From an uncultured Nitrososphaeraceae archaeon (lineage in GTDB: Archaea > Thermoproteota > Nitrososphaeria > Nitrososphaerales > Nitrososphaeraceae), in assembly GCA_963837175.1 (NCBI GenBank), contig CAWIMJ010000046.1, positions 32,001-96,000 on the forward strand: a stretch of 64,000 nt of DNA, read 5' to 3'. The notes under the pieces are model-generated. The model was not told where the DNA came from. It saw only the letters and a list, made by a program, of their open reading frames with translations, and made no database searches. Every line of letters starts with the position of its first letter. The first letter of the stretch is position 1. Both the position numbers and the translations under genes were made by a program. Below, in pieces: positions 32,680 through 44,566 of the stretch.

Positions 32680-33217
32680 GAGTAAAAACCATTCAGTAAT
32701 ACTCAAAATGGACCTACTATTTTATGTTTTTAGTCTAATACCTTGCAGACTGGTGTCTAAAATATCGAAGCGATAAATTGATTCAAGTTCTTATAATATA
32801 AATAATATGGCAATCAATTTAGATGAGAAAAATTCTCACATTTTTTGTTTGTGTTTTTTTATATAAAATGCTTTTTATTAATAAACGAAATATCGACTTA
32901 TACCAGCCCATATATCTATACCAAGATTAAACAATCTTCCCTATGTCTTGATAAATAAAACTTCGAAAAAGACATTTATCAGGCTCAATTCCTTATCGAT
33001 TCTTTCATCTATATCGAATAGATCTTCGTTGCTATGGTTGACTAATAGTGGATAATTATCATAATTATTATGCATTTGTTTTGACAGGTATTAATTGTAT
33101 GTGGTAGTCGGATCATAAGATGACATAATATCCAATTAACCCGTAATAACCAATTGCAATAGTGTTAATAAAACAATACAAATCCTTGTATTGATCAATA
33201 TAAACAATTGTATTGAT

Positions 33218-33916
33218 ATGACAAGACCATGTATTTTCTTCGACCTCGGACAGACATTGATAAATGAATGGAGTTTTATTGACTACTTTGACCAGCGGTT
33301 CTTTGAAATACTCAACGGTTTTGGAGCAAGAATTAGTTTTAGGAATTATATTACAATAAGAGATAACGTTATTAGAAATCGCAAGATAGGTCATGGTAGT
33401 ATCAGAGAATTAATCATTGAAGTTTGCAAATTAACATGCCAGCAGGGCTATGAGAAGATTATCGTGAAAAGGTTAGAGCCTGAATTAAAAGAAGCAAGAA
33501 GAAATTTTTTTTGTTTATTTGGTGATGCTGAACAAACATTGAGTTCTCTCTTAATATTATGTGATCTTGGAATAATAGCTAATCAATCTATGGACATTCT
33601 AAAGATATTGGAGGATTCCAAAATAGAACGATTCTTTAAAGTTATTCTACTTTCATCAGAAGTTAAAATAAGTAAACCTGATCTAGAAATATTCCATCTG
33701 GCAATGAACCTCGCCAAAAGAAGTCCAGAGGATTGTATCATGGTCGGCGATAGACTTGACACAGATATCAGTCCAGCAAACAAATTAGGAATGGAAACTA
33801 TTAGGACTACCAATTCGCTTTTCAAGTTACAAGAACCAATGAATGAATTTGAAAAACCAACACACACTGTTGCCAATTTGAGCGAAATAGCAAATATTTT
33901 AGAATCTATCACTTGA
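33218..33916 (+). CDS. HAD-superfamily hydrolase
   Basis: FFDLGQTL, IAN, KPD and VGDRLDTDISPANKLGM. Confidence 0.88.
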   Translation: MTRPCIFFDLGQTLINEWSFIDYFDQRFFEILNGFGARISFRNYITIRDNVIRNRKIGHGSIRELIIEVCKLTCQQGYEKIIVKRLEPELKEARRNFFCLFGDAEQTLSSLLILCDLGIIANQSMDILKILEDSKIERFFKVILLSSEVKISKPDLEIFHLAMNLAKRSPEDCIMVGDRLDTDISPANKLGMETIRTTNSLFKLQEPMNEFEKPTHTVANLSEIANILESIT

Positions 33917-34089
33917 CCTATAATCTCATTTAATCCAACTGAGTCACTCAGTCAAATAAGTTAGAAGGGTTATTCTTCAAAATATCGATTATTTTCTTTA
34001 TTTCTCGGTCACAAAATAGGAGATTTAATGGATACGATAGTGATCAGGTACTTTATAATACCATTTTTTTATTAATTTTAAGCGAATTG

Positions 34090-34761
34090 CTATAATTTCT
34101 TTTTTTCTGTAATGTAGTATTCCTGATTAGATTGAGAATTAGGTCTTATTATTCTCTTTATTGGATACTTGAAATATCGTATAATTTTGCTAGCTATTAG
34201 TTTCCAAATAGCACATATATCTCCTTTGTAACCTAAGGATTTGTCTCTAATGATCACTATAACCCCTGCGATAAATCCAAGGTTTCCTAATATAATTAGT
34301 AAAACACTTGTGAATATATCTCCTAGAGCACTAATGTTGGGATTCTCATTCTTATCAAATAGCGATAGATATCCAAGAATTGTATCAGCTTTTACTGATT
34401 CAGCTCCTTCATTTGTAATTATTAAATCATATTTGCCGTTAATTTGGGGTTTAAAATTTGAAACCAAATCATCACTGAAAATGGATCTTGAAAGAATTAA
34501 ACCATTTTGATCTTTAACTATTGCACCTATAGGAACATGAGGGGGTCCGGCTTTTATAACAATAGACATAGTAGGTCCCGTTTCACTTACATTAATCGAT
34601 AAAATCCGTGATTCTCCAGCTTTAATCATATAATTCCCTACAGATATATCTTGACTCAGAAAAGGTCTTGTTGCATCTATACTGAATATTATGGTAAGAA
34701 GAATGCCTATAATTATTATAGCAGAACTTAGAATTATTAAAATATGCCCGCGGGTAACCAT
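34090..34761 (-). CDS. Hypothetical membrane protein (paralog-like to 15204-15671)
   Basis: Two TM helices flanking a domain with FKPQINGKYDLIITN. Confidence 0.65.
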   Translation of the reverse strand: MVTRGHILIILSSAIIIIGILLTIIFSIDATRPFLSQDISVGNYMIKAGESRILSINVSETGPTMSIVIKAGPPHVPIGAIVKDQNGLILSRSIFSDDLVSNFKPQINGKYDLIITNEGAESVKADTILGYLSLFDKNENPNISALGDIFTSVLLIILGNLGFIAGVIVIIRDKSLGYKGDICAIWKLIASKIIRYFKYPIKRIIRPNSQSNQEYYITEKKKL

Positions 34762-35387
34762 AACTTCTCATGATATAGAGATACAAACCTTTATTATGCC
34801 AATTGTTAAATACTTTTAGTTATAGCACTAACCTTTTGTTACTTATTTTGTTATCTCCCTTGGCCACATTCTGGTGTAATCCTTTTCTGTAAAAGTTACA
34901 GAGCAATCCAGTGTACGTTTTTCTTAAAAACATATCAATAAAAATATTTCAAATGTAGATCATTTCTAGGATAAACTTGAGTCATCATATAAATAAAATG
35001 TTATCTCTTATGCTGATAAGGATTTAATGCAGACTATCGATTTAGAAAAGTTAGTATTAGATTCAAGGAAGCAAATCAGTCAGCGGATTAACTGACTATA
35101 AAAAGTAGTAATAAAAACTTGATTGTTTAAATAAATGATAAGACTATGTAATATTAAGATGAGATTCCTTGCCCAATAACTTAAATTTATTGATTTCGGC
35201 CATCTTTTTAGAAGTAAAGGAATTAAAATGAGATTATTGAATGTATTTGTCGATACATAGTGATAATTACAAAATATAATTTCTCGGGCAGTCAATAAAA
35301 TATATTACACTAAAATATAAACCTCATATGATAACATAATTTAAAGATTGATAAGCAAGTAAAATTCTTTACATACAATATATTATA

Positions 35388-35597
35388 TTGACAGAAAATC
35401 CCGTAAGGCATATTGATACTCTTAGAGAAATGGAAAATATAAAACGCGAATATCAGATACGCTGTAGTCATTATGAGCTTGAATATTCTTCAAAGGATAA
35501 GATCATCAATTGTACTATTTGTAGAAAAAATTGGTCGTTTGTGGAAAACCGCAGCTATTCAAAGACCAAAGAAATCTATACAGCTGATAAAGATTGA
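35388..35597 (+). CDS. Small Zn-ribbon-like protein
   Basis: CSH...CTICRKNW motif. Confidence 0.5.
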   Translation: MTENPVRHIDTLREMENIKREYQIRCSHYELEYSSKDKIINCTICRKNWSFVENRSYSKTKEIYTADKD

Positions 35598-35985
35598 TTA
35601 AAAATCATCCAAAAATATCAACGTCATTTGTCATGTTTAAGTACCCATTATTTCAGAGAAAACTACTAAAAAGAGATAGAAAAATTTTCTAAAAAAAATT
35701 GCAATTTATTATTGTTCATAGTAATACACCATACCATTATCATTGTTATTAGTATTTTTGCTTGTTCTATCATATTCATCGTTTTATCATCAATTGTAGA
35801 ATAAGATCGATGTGTGTATCATCCATTAGATATCCGAAAAATTCATTATTACTAACAATTGTTATGATTCCATTTTACTAAAATGGTAAATCTAGTGATC
35901 ATTTTGATATGTTATTGTTATTTAATGTTAGATACAGAGCCACTATAAGATAAAAGCTTATCATACATACTTCATAGGAGCTTTT

Positions 35986-36222
35986 TTACAATTGCAATTT
36001 TTTTTGCATATAAATTTCCTTCATTTTGTTAAGTCCCCACACCAACATTACAATAATTACAATTGCAATAGACGCTTGCATTAGAGATATGACGAACCTA
36101 TCTAATCCATTTCTAAATAAAATAAAATCTATGGGAGCTATAAAATTTATTAGAAAAGCGGTGATCGCCAGTATCATTACCCACATTGCTGTGATAAATC
36201 CCAAAAGGCCGGTCACCCTCAT
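35986..36222 (-). CDS. Small 2-TM membrane protein coupled to aglH
   Basis: Abuts the aglH stop codon; two hydrophobic helices. Confidence 0.7.
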   Translation of the reverse strand: MRVTGLLGFITAMWVMILAITAFLINFIAPIDFILFRNGLDRFVISLMQASIAIVIIVMLVWGLNKMKEIYMQKKLQL

Positions 36223-37242
36223 CTATCTACCACCTGACAAGAAATAATATTGTATTAAAATAGAAATGAACGCTAGTGACGAAGAAAATACTGCTAACTT
36301 AAATATATAATAACCAATTTCTCTTTCTGAAAGAGGACCATCTGCTAGTATTAACCTTACCAGGGTTATAGGTGCATTCTTCTCTTTCGATGCGGCTAAT
36401 TTGAAATCAGCCCTTATAATAGTAGGTCGCTCTTTGACTTGTCTATGTTCGACAATTTTCTTAACGCTGGAAAGAAAGAGAAATGAATTCATTACAGCAG
36501 GCAGGAGAGCAATAACTCCTATAATTTCAGAGTTACCTGCAATTGCAATTGCCCCATACATGGAGCCCATTACCAAAGTGCCCGAGTCACCTACAAATAT
36601 CTTGCTTGGAAATTTATGATACCCATACAATCCAATTGTTCCAAACAGCAAAGGAAGTGCGGCGAGAAATACGTCATTATCACCAAAGATTGCTATACTT
36701 AATAAAAGTGGCATAGTTGTAATAATTACAAATCCAGTAACGACACCATTTAGAACGTCGATTGAGTTAATAGTATTGCCAACAATTGGAATGATTGCTA
36801 GTATAAGCGGTATGTATAACAGTGGAATGAACACATTTCCAAATACAAGATTTAAGTGGGTTCCATGAGCTCCAAAAATAATTAGAGGCATTGCAGCTGC
36901 TATCAGTGCAATAGGTTTGAACCAACCTGGCAAAACTTTCCTATCATCTATTAATCCTACTACGAATGCAATTACAGTGGTCAACATTATGGCCATAATT
37001 GTCATATTCAATGTTAATAAGTAAAGAATAATTTCAGATGCTACTATCCCACCAAGCAATATAGGACCAGCTGGTCTAGGAACATTGGGTCTTCCGGGCT
37101 TATGATAATCTTGTACCACACTACCTTGTGCTATTAAAGAACTTATCATTTTAGGAGTTGCAATTAATGTAACTAAGAAGGAAGTGGCTGAGACAATCAC
37201 TCCATATATTAGAATATTATTTCCAAAAGATAGGTCTAGCAT
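36223..37242 (-). CDS. aglH: UDP-GlcNAc:dolichol-phosphate GlcNAc-1-phosphate transferase (MraY/GPT family)
   Basis: DYHKPG, GLIDD, NTINSIDVLNG, FPSKIFVGDSG and APITLVRLIL; multi-TM. Confidence 0.85.
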   Translation of the reverse strand: MLDLSFGNNILIYGVIVSATSFLVTLIATPKMISSLIAQGSVVQDYHKPGRPNVPRPAGPILLGGIVASEIILYLLTLNMTIMAIMLTTVIAFVVGLIDDRKVLPGWFKPIALIAAAMPLIIFGAHGTHLNLVFGNVFIPLLYIPLILAIIPIVGNTINSIDVLNGVVTGFVIITTMPLLLSIAIFGDNDVFLAALPLLFGTIGLYGYHKFPSKIFVGDSGTLVMGSMYGAIAIAGNSEIIGVIALLPAVMNSFLFLSSVKKIVEHRQVKERPTIIRADFKLAASKEKNAPITLVRLILADGPLSEREIGYYIFKLAVFSSSLAFISILIQYYFLSGGR

Positions 37243-37557
37243 TTCTTAATACCAAATATTTAATGCAGATTTATATAATTCCCTAGTATAATATTACTCC
37301 TATACATGATGTTATATTATATCATATCACAAATGCAATGATTGTTAATAGTTGGATTCTTTGTCCTAAAGTGATCTTAATCCATCTTTTTTTAAAAACA
37401 CATCATACAAACTATTGAAGAGTATTGATAGGCAAAGTAGTTATTGTAGGAAATCATAATATTTCTATCACTTTTATAACGGTTTGTCTTGAAATAATGT
37501 ATAATGAATTATCATTTATATGATTAATTTATTCTTTCATTGGAAGCTATATATAGC

Positions 37558-39719
37558 CTATTTTTGTGTCTTCAATTGCTCTTTTAACTTGGCTGCTACT
37601 GTTGGTCCGATTTTTGAAATAGCGGCAAGTTTTGAATCTGATACTCTCGCAAGTTTTCTGGTATCTGTAAGACCAGCATCATACAACGCTCGAGCTCGCA
37701 CCCTGCCAATTCCTTCAAGAGCAACAATCTGAATCAGTTCTTCTCTCACACCATATTTTATTCGCGTCCGAAGATTGTGTATTTCTGTGAGCAAATCTTC
37801 TCGTTTAAGCAATTTTGCAACTTCATATAATGAATATGTTAGCCAGCCACCAATCTCCACCATTCTATGCATATCCCCAGGTTCAACTCCAACCTTGTCG
37901 CTTATCATCCTGTCACTAGTTTCATCAATCCACTCATTGAGAGCCAATAGACTCCTCGAATAATCATATTCGCTTATTGGATAAAAGAGTTCATCGCTAT
38001 GATGTTGAATTAATGAATTCAATTCTTCAAAATCCTTTTTCCTCAGAGATAATTTTGGATAGAAATCTGCACTGGTCGTAATCATCTGAAGAAAACCTAA
38101 AGTGTAACTTTTATTGTTGCCATCATTTCTTTTCGTAGTCGTACAATCCAGCGAGCCTATTGCTTTTCTAAATTCTACTGCAGTTAAAGGATCAATATAT
38201 AGTAGTGTTGTTTTTCTTCCAAAGTCTGTAGCAATATATCTATCATTTTTACTTTTTATTAAATACTCTGCTTCAAGATAGCTTAAAGCAGCATCAACTT
38301 TGAAAACAACAGTATTTTTCTGATAATTCCTTGCAAATAATGTACTTTCGAATAGATGGTAAATTTCAATTTTTTTTATTCCAGGGACTCTTGCAACGGT
38401 ACTAAGAAGATGAACCCTTATTGCTCTGTCATTAATCAGTTGTGAGCGCAGAGGCTCTGGGTTACCTAGGATATATTGGTTATACAGATCCTCTGCACTA
38501 ACTCCTGATTCCGCTACTATTATTGCTTCTCCAAAAGTATCATATTGTGGTCTACCTGCTCTACCAGAGAGTTGTTTATATTCTAAAACACTGATGGGAA
38601 TATTTCCGCCATATCCAGCATCATAGCGTAAAATACTTGCTAGAATGATACGCCTTGCAGGCAAGTTAACACCTGCGGCCAGTGTTGGAGTGGCGGCTAA
38701 TAGCTTAATTATCCCTTTTTTGAATGACTCTTCTACAATCTCTCTACTTGTGGGTCCTAATCCCGCATGATGGAATGCTACACCTTTGGCTACGAGATGG
38801 GAAAGATTCCTTGTGAGTTCAGTATCGTCGCCTTTGTTGAGGATCTTCGATGATAGCTCAATTGTCCTCTCCTGCGCAGATTTATCGAGACTTTTATAAA
38901 CCGCTTCTGCAGCCTTTAGTGGCAAGAGAAAAAGCACGTTTTCGGGTGTCTGCGAAAATTAAAGCCTGTCCACCATTCTTTAGTGAATCAATTGCAATAT
39001 CTATTGCAGCAGAGGTAACACCAACAGAAGTCAGAATTTCGAATCTACTGCCATCATTCATGCGAATATTTCCATCCTCGTAGACTCCTTCTATCAACTT
39101 TGTTGGTCTCCAATTACTTTCAATTAATTCACATCCAAGCCAGTCAGCAATATCGTCAGAATTTGCAACTGTTGCACTTAACGCAAGAATTTGTGATTGC
39201 TGATACAGTTGACATATATTGGTTAGCATCATCTCCAAAGTAGGGCCGCGTTCTCGTTCCCCAATTAAATGAACTTCGTCAGCCACAAAAAGTCCTACAT
39301 CAGAAATCCATTCAGCCCCATGTCGCATAAGCGAATCCATTTTTTCATTTGTTAAAATAATAACATCTGCATCCTCTACATCCTTTCCAGACGAATCATA
39401 GTCGCTGGTAGCAATTTTGACTCTTGTTTTTATACCATTAATATCTAAATCCTCAAGAACATGAAAATCATGGTATTTTTCAGTAGCTAATGCCCTTAAT
39501 GGAGTAAGATAAATAACCTTTAGCCCTTTTTCGATTGTTTTTATTGCAGACCATCATTGCTATTAGTGTTTTACCACTCGCAGTAGGAGTGGTAACAAGC
39601 AAGTTTTTGCCCTCTAGAAGACCCTTTGACAGAGCAAGTTCCTGTGGTGGATAAAGTGAAGAGTATCCTAGTAAACTAAGCAAGATCTTTATTTTGGCGT
39701 CTGTTATTCTTATTGTCAT
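37558..39719 (-). CDS. hel308: Ski2-like helicase Hel308/Hjm (two +1 frameshifts at about 39550 and 38914)
   Basis: [52 protein letters not shown] and C-terminal HhH (GIGRVRAR), spread over three frames. Confidence 0.92.
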
Positions 39720-39952
39720 GCCTTGAGCATATAGATAAAAAGTTACTTATTTAATTGATATTAAATCTCATCGTGCACTTTATGATAGCGATATAATACT
39801 ATAAAAATTCAAACGATTCCTAAGTTCACTAAGAAGATGAAGAACGTCAGATCTTCCCGTATTAGAAACATCTTGCTGTCAATCCTTGAAATTGAGGCTA
39901 TATTATTATATTCAGTTAATCCTTCTTATATTTAATAAAAAAGAATACTATA

Positions 39953-40255
39953 ATGAGTGGTCAAGAATATCTTTCACAGAATTTGTTATGGATTGGTATT
40001 TCATTAGGTATAGTGTTTGCTATTTTATCATATGTACCCTTTCCTTTTTCTATACCGTCCGCTATAGCATCTTTCTTCATCGTCATTTTTTATTTAAGGA
40101 AAAGAGTGATAAAAAGAATTAAAAATAAAGCAAGAATGTTTCGTAGTAGCAATAATAATAATCAGTCTTTAAACTATTATTGTATGACATGTGGTACAAA
40201 ACACAATGATGCTGCTTGTCCTAAATGTGGTTCGAAAGCCAAAAGAGTTGGATAA
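39953..40255 (+). CDS. Membrane protein with C-terminal zinc ribbon
   Basis: Two TM helices followed by CMTCG...CPKCGS. Confidence 0.75.
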   Translation: MSGQEYLSQNLLWIGISLGIVFAILSYVPFPFSIPSAIASFFIVIFYLRKRVIKRIKNKARMFRSSNNNNQSLNYYCMTCGTKHNDAACPKCGSKAKRVG

Positions 40256-40799
40256 CTCACCATGGTAATGCGAATCTTCTGCTTCTTAGGTAAATCAAGT
40301 AGCAGGGATATAAATCAAAAATCAAAAGAGTCTCTTGAAGGATCAACCTTTGGGCAAGGGATACTTTTAGCAAGTTTTATAATTTATATATTAAAATACT
40401 ATTGATATCTCTTGAAGACATATGATTCATTTTATTCTTCAATTTATTATCTAACGTCTTTGATATACTATTGTTTTGATAAATGATAAATAATAATTAT
40501 GATATTTAATTAATTGACCTGCAAACGCTTTTGACCAAAAAATTATTGCCGCATAACTCTAAAATTCTGAAATTTACCTATCTTGGATTTCTGAGTGTGA
40601 AAATAAAATATACTACATAGATACAATTGGAAAAAAACTAAATTTTGGGATTGTTGCCATGGCTACCTACACGCATTGCATATAACACTGAATTTGTATC
40701 TATCGTAATCACAATGACTTGGATGACACTCTAAACATTCGCACTGTTCACATTGATGTATATTCTTGTTCTTCTCCTTGTCATTTTTCCTATTATTAT

Positions 40800-41400
40800 C
40801 AGCTAGTTTTTCTCTGGCAAGAAACTCCAGAGGTTCATTGAATTTCGTTGGTCTTTCAATGTAAGGTGCATGCCCGCAATTTTCTATTACCTCAAGCCTG
40901 TTGTTTGGAATTTTATTAATTTATTCAGTTGCACAGTCTCATATGTCGGACGCAATGCAGCTAGAGGCTATAAAGAGAAGACAGGGTAGCAGGTTTTGTT
41001 GATATTGCTAGAGCAACCAATACTAATTCTTCTATTCTAGTATTAAATCTGGCCTCAAATTCTGCTCCTAACAATCCACTAAAAGATGAACCAACTATGC
41101 TTATTTTATCAATATGCACATTTTCTAAAAAACTCTTCTAAGAATTCTATAAAAAAATCAATTGTATAGTCAGCTGTAGGTTTATTGCTATATCCAAAAC
41201 CAATAATATCAGGTGCTACTACTCTGAAGTCGGATTCAGATAAAGTTGATGCCACATATGAATCTGTCAGCCGAGGCTCCTAATCCATGTAGGAAAACAA
41301 GAGTTTTTGCAGTCGTTTGATTGAGTAGATTGGTTTTCATAATCATAGTCAAAGTATCTTATATTGCAGCCATTGACATCAGTAATCTAATAGAAATGTC
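40800..41400 (-). pseudogene. Alpha/beta hydrolase pseudogene
   Basis: Fragments LVFLHGLGASAD, RVVAPDIIGFGYSNKP, VGSSFSG and EVIENCGHAPYIERP, with several frameshifts and an internal deletion. Confidence 0.8.
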
Positions 41401-41501
41401 TTGATCCAACAAACCGTCGCATCCTTTAAAGACGCTGATTTATCACTAATATAATAGTATTAAATCCATGCAAGGTTCTTTTTATTCATTGTTGTTGCAG
41501 T

Positions 41502-43406
41502 TCAGTCTTCATCATCCGCGATTTTACTTTTGTGTCTATTGTTATGGCTGCTTAATGGTATGCTAAATGTAAATCTAGCTCCTCTTTTCATATTATAAGA
41601 ATAGTTTTCACCTTTAATCTTTCCACCATGTGATTCTACAATGCTTTTTGATATAAATAATCCTAGTCCAGTGCCCCCTGTTGGGGATTCTGTAGCAAAT
41701 TTTGAAAACAGCCTTGGTAGAATTTCGGGTGGTATTCCAGTACCAGTATCCTCGATGGCAATAACAGCTTCTTGTTGTTGGCTATCACTTTCTTGTTCTT
41801 TTATTTTCTTTTTCAAAGTAATAGATATTGTACCTTCTCTGGTAAATTTAATAGCATTATCTAAAAGATTGGAAATGACTTGGGTCAATCTGGATTTATC
41901 TGCCTCTAGAAAAATAGGAATATTGTCATCATCATTTGTCTTTTCAGATTTATGTATTAATAGTACATTAGCATTGCTAATTTGGTTTCTATAATCTTCT
42001 ACAATGTCTGATATTAACTGATTCAAATTAAATTGCTGTTTGTTTAGTTTTAGTGTTTGGCTCTCTATTCTTGTTACATCTAATATATCATTAGTAAGTC
42101 TTTGAAGTCTAACAGCATTTCTTTTTATTTTGTGAATTATTTCCTCTTTTTTTTCAGGATGTGTTTGTAATAGATGTGAAAACCCTAGAATAGCTTGAGT
42201 AGGTGTCTTCATCTCATGACTTGCTATATTGATAAACTCTTTCTGCAGCTTATCGTGAACTTGCAGTTGTTCATTTGCTAGAGCAAGCTGTTGATTTGAT
42301 AATGAAAGTTGCTTATTTGTCTCTTCCAATTGTTTTGTTCTTCTCTTTACCTCCTTATTGAGTATATTATTCCATTTTATAAGCAATATTATCAAAACTA
42401 GAACTGCAGCAGTAGTACCAGCAATTAATGAAAACATCTTTAATCTTTCTATGAAGAGAACCTCATTGATATGTGAATAGATCATTGAAGTAGGTGTTAT
42501 TATAAAGATAAAGTATGCATGTTCTCCGCCTACAGATATAGGATATCCTGTATTCAATCTTTCGCCGCTTCCAAAATCATATATTGTAAAGCCTCCTAAT
42601 AATTGGCCTGCAAAAACTTTGCGATAATAATCATTTTGAACATCACTATAATTAAAGAATTCCTGAACCTCGTTATTAAAAAAACTCTTTCCTAAAAATT
42701 CTGTTCGAGGAGTAGCTATGTAGTTTGCATTGCTATCATAAGCTACCAAGAACTTTGAATTGACATCATAAACATTTGCATAACGTGCGAAGAAATCTAT
42801 GGTCGGTATTTCAACTCCTACCATCCCAATATATTGACCACTTTCTCTATTTATTATTGGAAAGGTCAATGCAATCTTGTAGACACTGTCAATTCCTTCG
42901 AAACCATTTGAAAATACACTCCTTAAAGTATTTCTTGTCTTTTGTACATAATCTCTAAATGAAATATCTATATTTACAAAGCTTCTTTGTCCTTTTGCTA
43001 CTATGTTATATGTTATTATATCATCTTTATCAGCAATGAAAAGTCCATCAACTTTAGTAATAGCATTGATTTGATCAAATCTCCCACTCATTAACTTTTC
43101 AACTCTATCGCCATATAATTCACCTTGCTGCAAATAAATGGAGTCTGATAATCCCTGAAGAAGAGACATAATCCAATGAAGATCAGAACTAATATGCTGC
43201 CCCATAGCTTTTGTAGATTCTATCTGACGATCTCTTTGCTCTACAATTAGGCTATTCTTAACATTTTCTTCTGTAATATTTTGTAGATAAAAGAACAAAC
43301 TATATGACATAACGATTATTAAAATTGTAGAAATGATACCTATTCCTTTTATATGTCGAGAAAACAGAGTATTGTCGATGCTTTCTTTTTTTTCCTTCTG
43401 CTGCAA
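41502..43406 (-). CDS. Membrane sensor histidine kinase (extracellular Cache-like domain, HisKA, HATPase)
   Basis: Two TM helices; H-box ASHEMKTP, NLLDNAIKF, DTGTG and GTGLGL; likely TTG start at 43406 (ORF open to 43499). Confidence 0.92.
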   Translation of the reverse strand: MQQKEKKESIDNTLFSRHIKGIGIISTILIIVMSYSLFFYLQNITEENVKNSLIVEQRDRQIESTKAMGQHISSDLHWIMSLLQGLSDSIYLQQGELYGDRVEKLMSGRFDQINAITKVDGLFIADKDDIITYNIVAKGQRSFVNIDISFRDYVQKTRNTLRSVFSNGFEGIDSVYKIALTFPIINRESGQYIGMVGVEIPTIDFFARYANVYDVNSKFLVAYDSNANYIATPRTEFLGKSFFNNEVQEFFNYSDVQNDYYRKVFAGQLLGGFTIYDFGSGERLNTGYPISVGGEHAYFIFIITPTSMIYSHINEVLFIERLKMFSLIAGTTAAVLVLIILLIKWNNILNKEVKRRTKQLEETNKQLSLSNQQLALANEQLQVHDKLQKEFINIASHEMKTPTQAILGFSHLLQTHPEKKEEIIHKIKRNAVRLQRLTNDILDVTRIESQTLKLNKQQFNLNQLISDIVEDYRNQISNANVLLIHKSEKTNDDDNIPIFLEADKSRLTQVISNLLDNAIKFTREGTISITLKKKIKEQESDSQQQEAVIAIEDTGTGIPPEILPRLFSKFATESPTGGTGLGLFISKSIVESHGGKIKGENYSYNMKRGARFTFSIPLSSHNNRHKSKIADDED

Positions 43407-43470
43407 TATAAAAATTAATTGACTTACATATGTTAATCTTTTCTTTAAAGAAGTTAATAGGCAAATAATG

Positions 43471-44566
43471 TCAATTATTAAGTTTGCTACTATTTTCAAC
43501 CTGATATCTCTCAGACACTATGATCTTTTTATTGATTATATCTTGTGTTAATTGATTTAACCTCGCTTTTACATCTTTAGGTACTTTATTCTCTAAGCCA
43601 TGGAATGGTGCTAGATAGACAATACCGTCTCCTACAGCCCCTTTGCCTATTTCTAGTCCAGGTTTAAATATTTCTCCTGTAAAATTGCCGGCTTGAACCA
43701 TTTTAACAGCTTGGTCATATGCCTTATCTACATCCAAGACAAACGAGGTCAAAACAGTGTCTGGCGCTAGTTTGTTCTGATCTGAGACCGCGCCAAATGC
43801 GTATATTCCCTTTTCTTTAGCAGCCTCAATAACACCTTGACCAGATGTATCAGCTACATGTAACAAAAAGTCAGCACTAGCATTTATTTGTAATATTGCT
43901 GCCTTCCTTTCCTTTAGATGGATTATCAAAATCATCTAAATATGTAACAAGCACTTTAACGTTGCGATTCACCAACTTTGCACCTTGCTTATAGCCTTCA
44001 AAAATGTTTATGAGGTTTGGATATGTGACGTCTCCACCAACATAACCAATCACATCTGTTTTTGACATCATCCCAGCAAGTGCTCCTAACAAAAAGGATC
44101 CTTCCTGCTCCAGTGGGAAAATGGAAGCAACATTGGTTGACTTAGCAAGACCAGTAAAAACTACAAATTTTGTATTTGGATAGTCTTTTCCTACCTTTAC
44201 AGCAGGGTCTCCCCATTCAAAACCATGAGCTATAATCAAGTCATAACCTTCATGGGCATAATCTCTTAATGTAGCCTCTATATTTGTAATTGCAACATTA
44301 TCTGTAAAGTCAACTTCGTGACCATATTTAGTTTTTATTGCTTGTGCTGCATTGTATGCAAATGCGCCCCATCCTGCATCACTAAATAAAGCATCAGTTA
44401 ATAATGCTATTTTTAGGTGCTTATTGTACACCACCATAATCTGATCTGATGATGCTTTTTCTGTAACAGCAGCAACAGTAAGTTGGAAAGGTTGACCAGG
44501 TATTACTACTGCTATTATTACTATACCTATTGCTATCATGGCTAAATGCTTTCCTTTTACACCCAT
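43471..44566 (-). CDS. BMP-family (PnrA/Med-like) solute-binding protein (one +1 frameshift at about 43903)
   Basis: N-terminal anchor; DAGWG, GYDLIIAHGFEW, EGSFLLGALAG, IGYVGG, FEGYKQGAK, GVIEAAKE and SDQNKLAPDTVLTS. Confidence 0.88.

Noticed and set aside
14378-39719. Programmed frameshifting or true pseudogenisation of pheA, guaA and hel308
   Set aside because: No slippery heptamers or homopolymers at the sites and no other decay. Sequencing error is more parsimonious.
41502-44566. BMP and HK as one fused protein
   Set aside because: BMP has its own stop and a complete C-terminus; the HK has a plausible TTG start and its own N-terminal TM helix.
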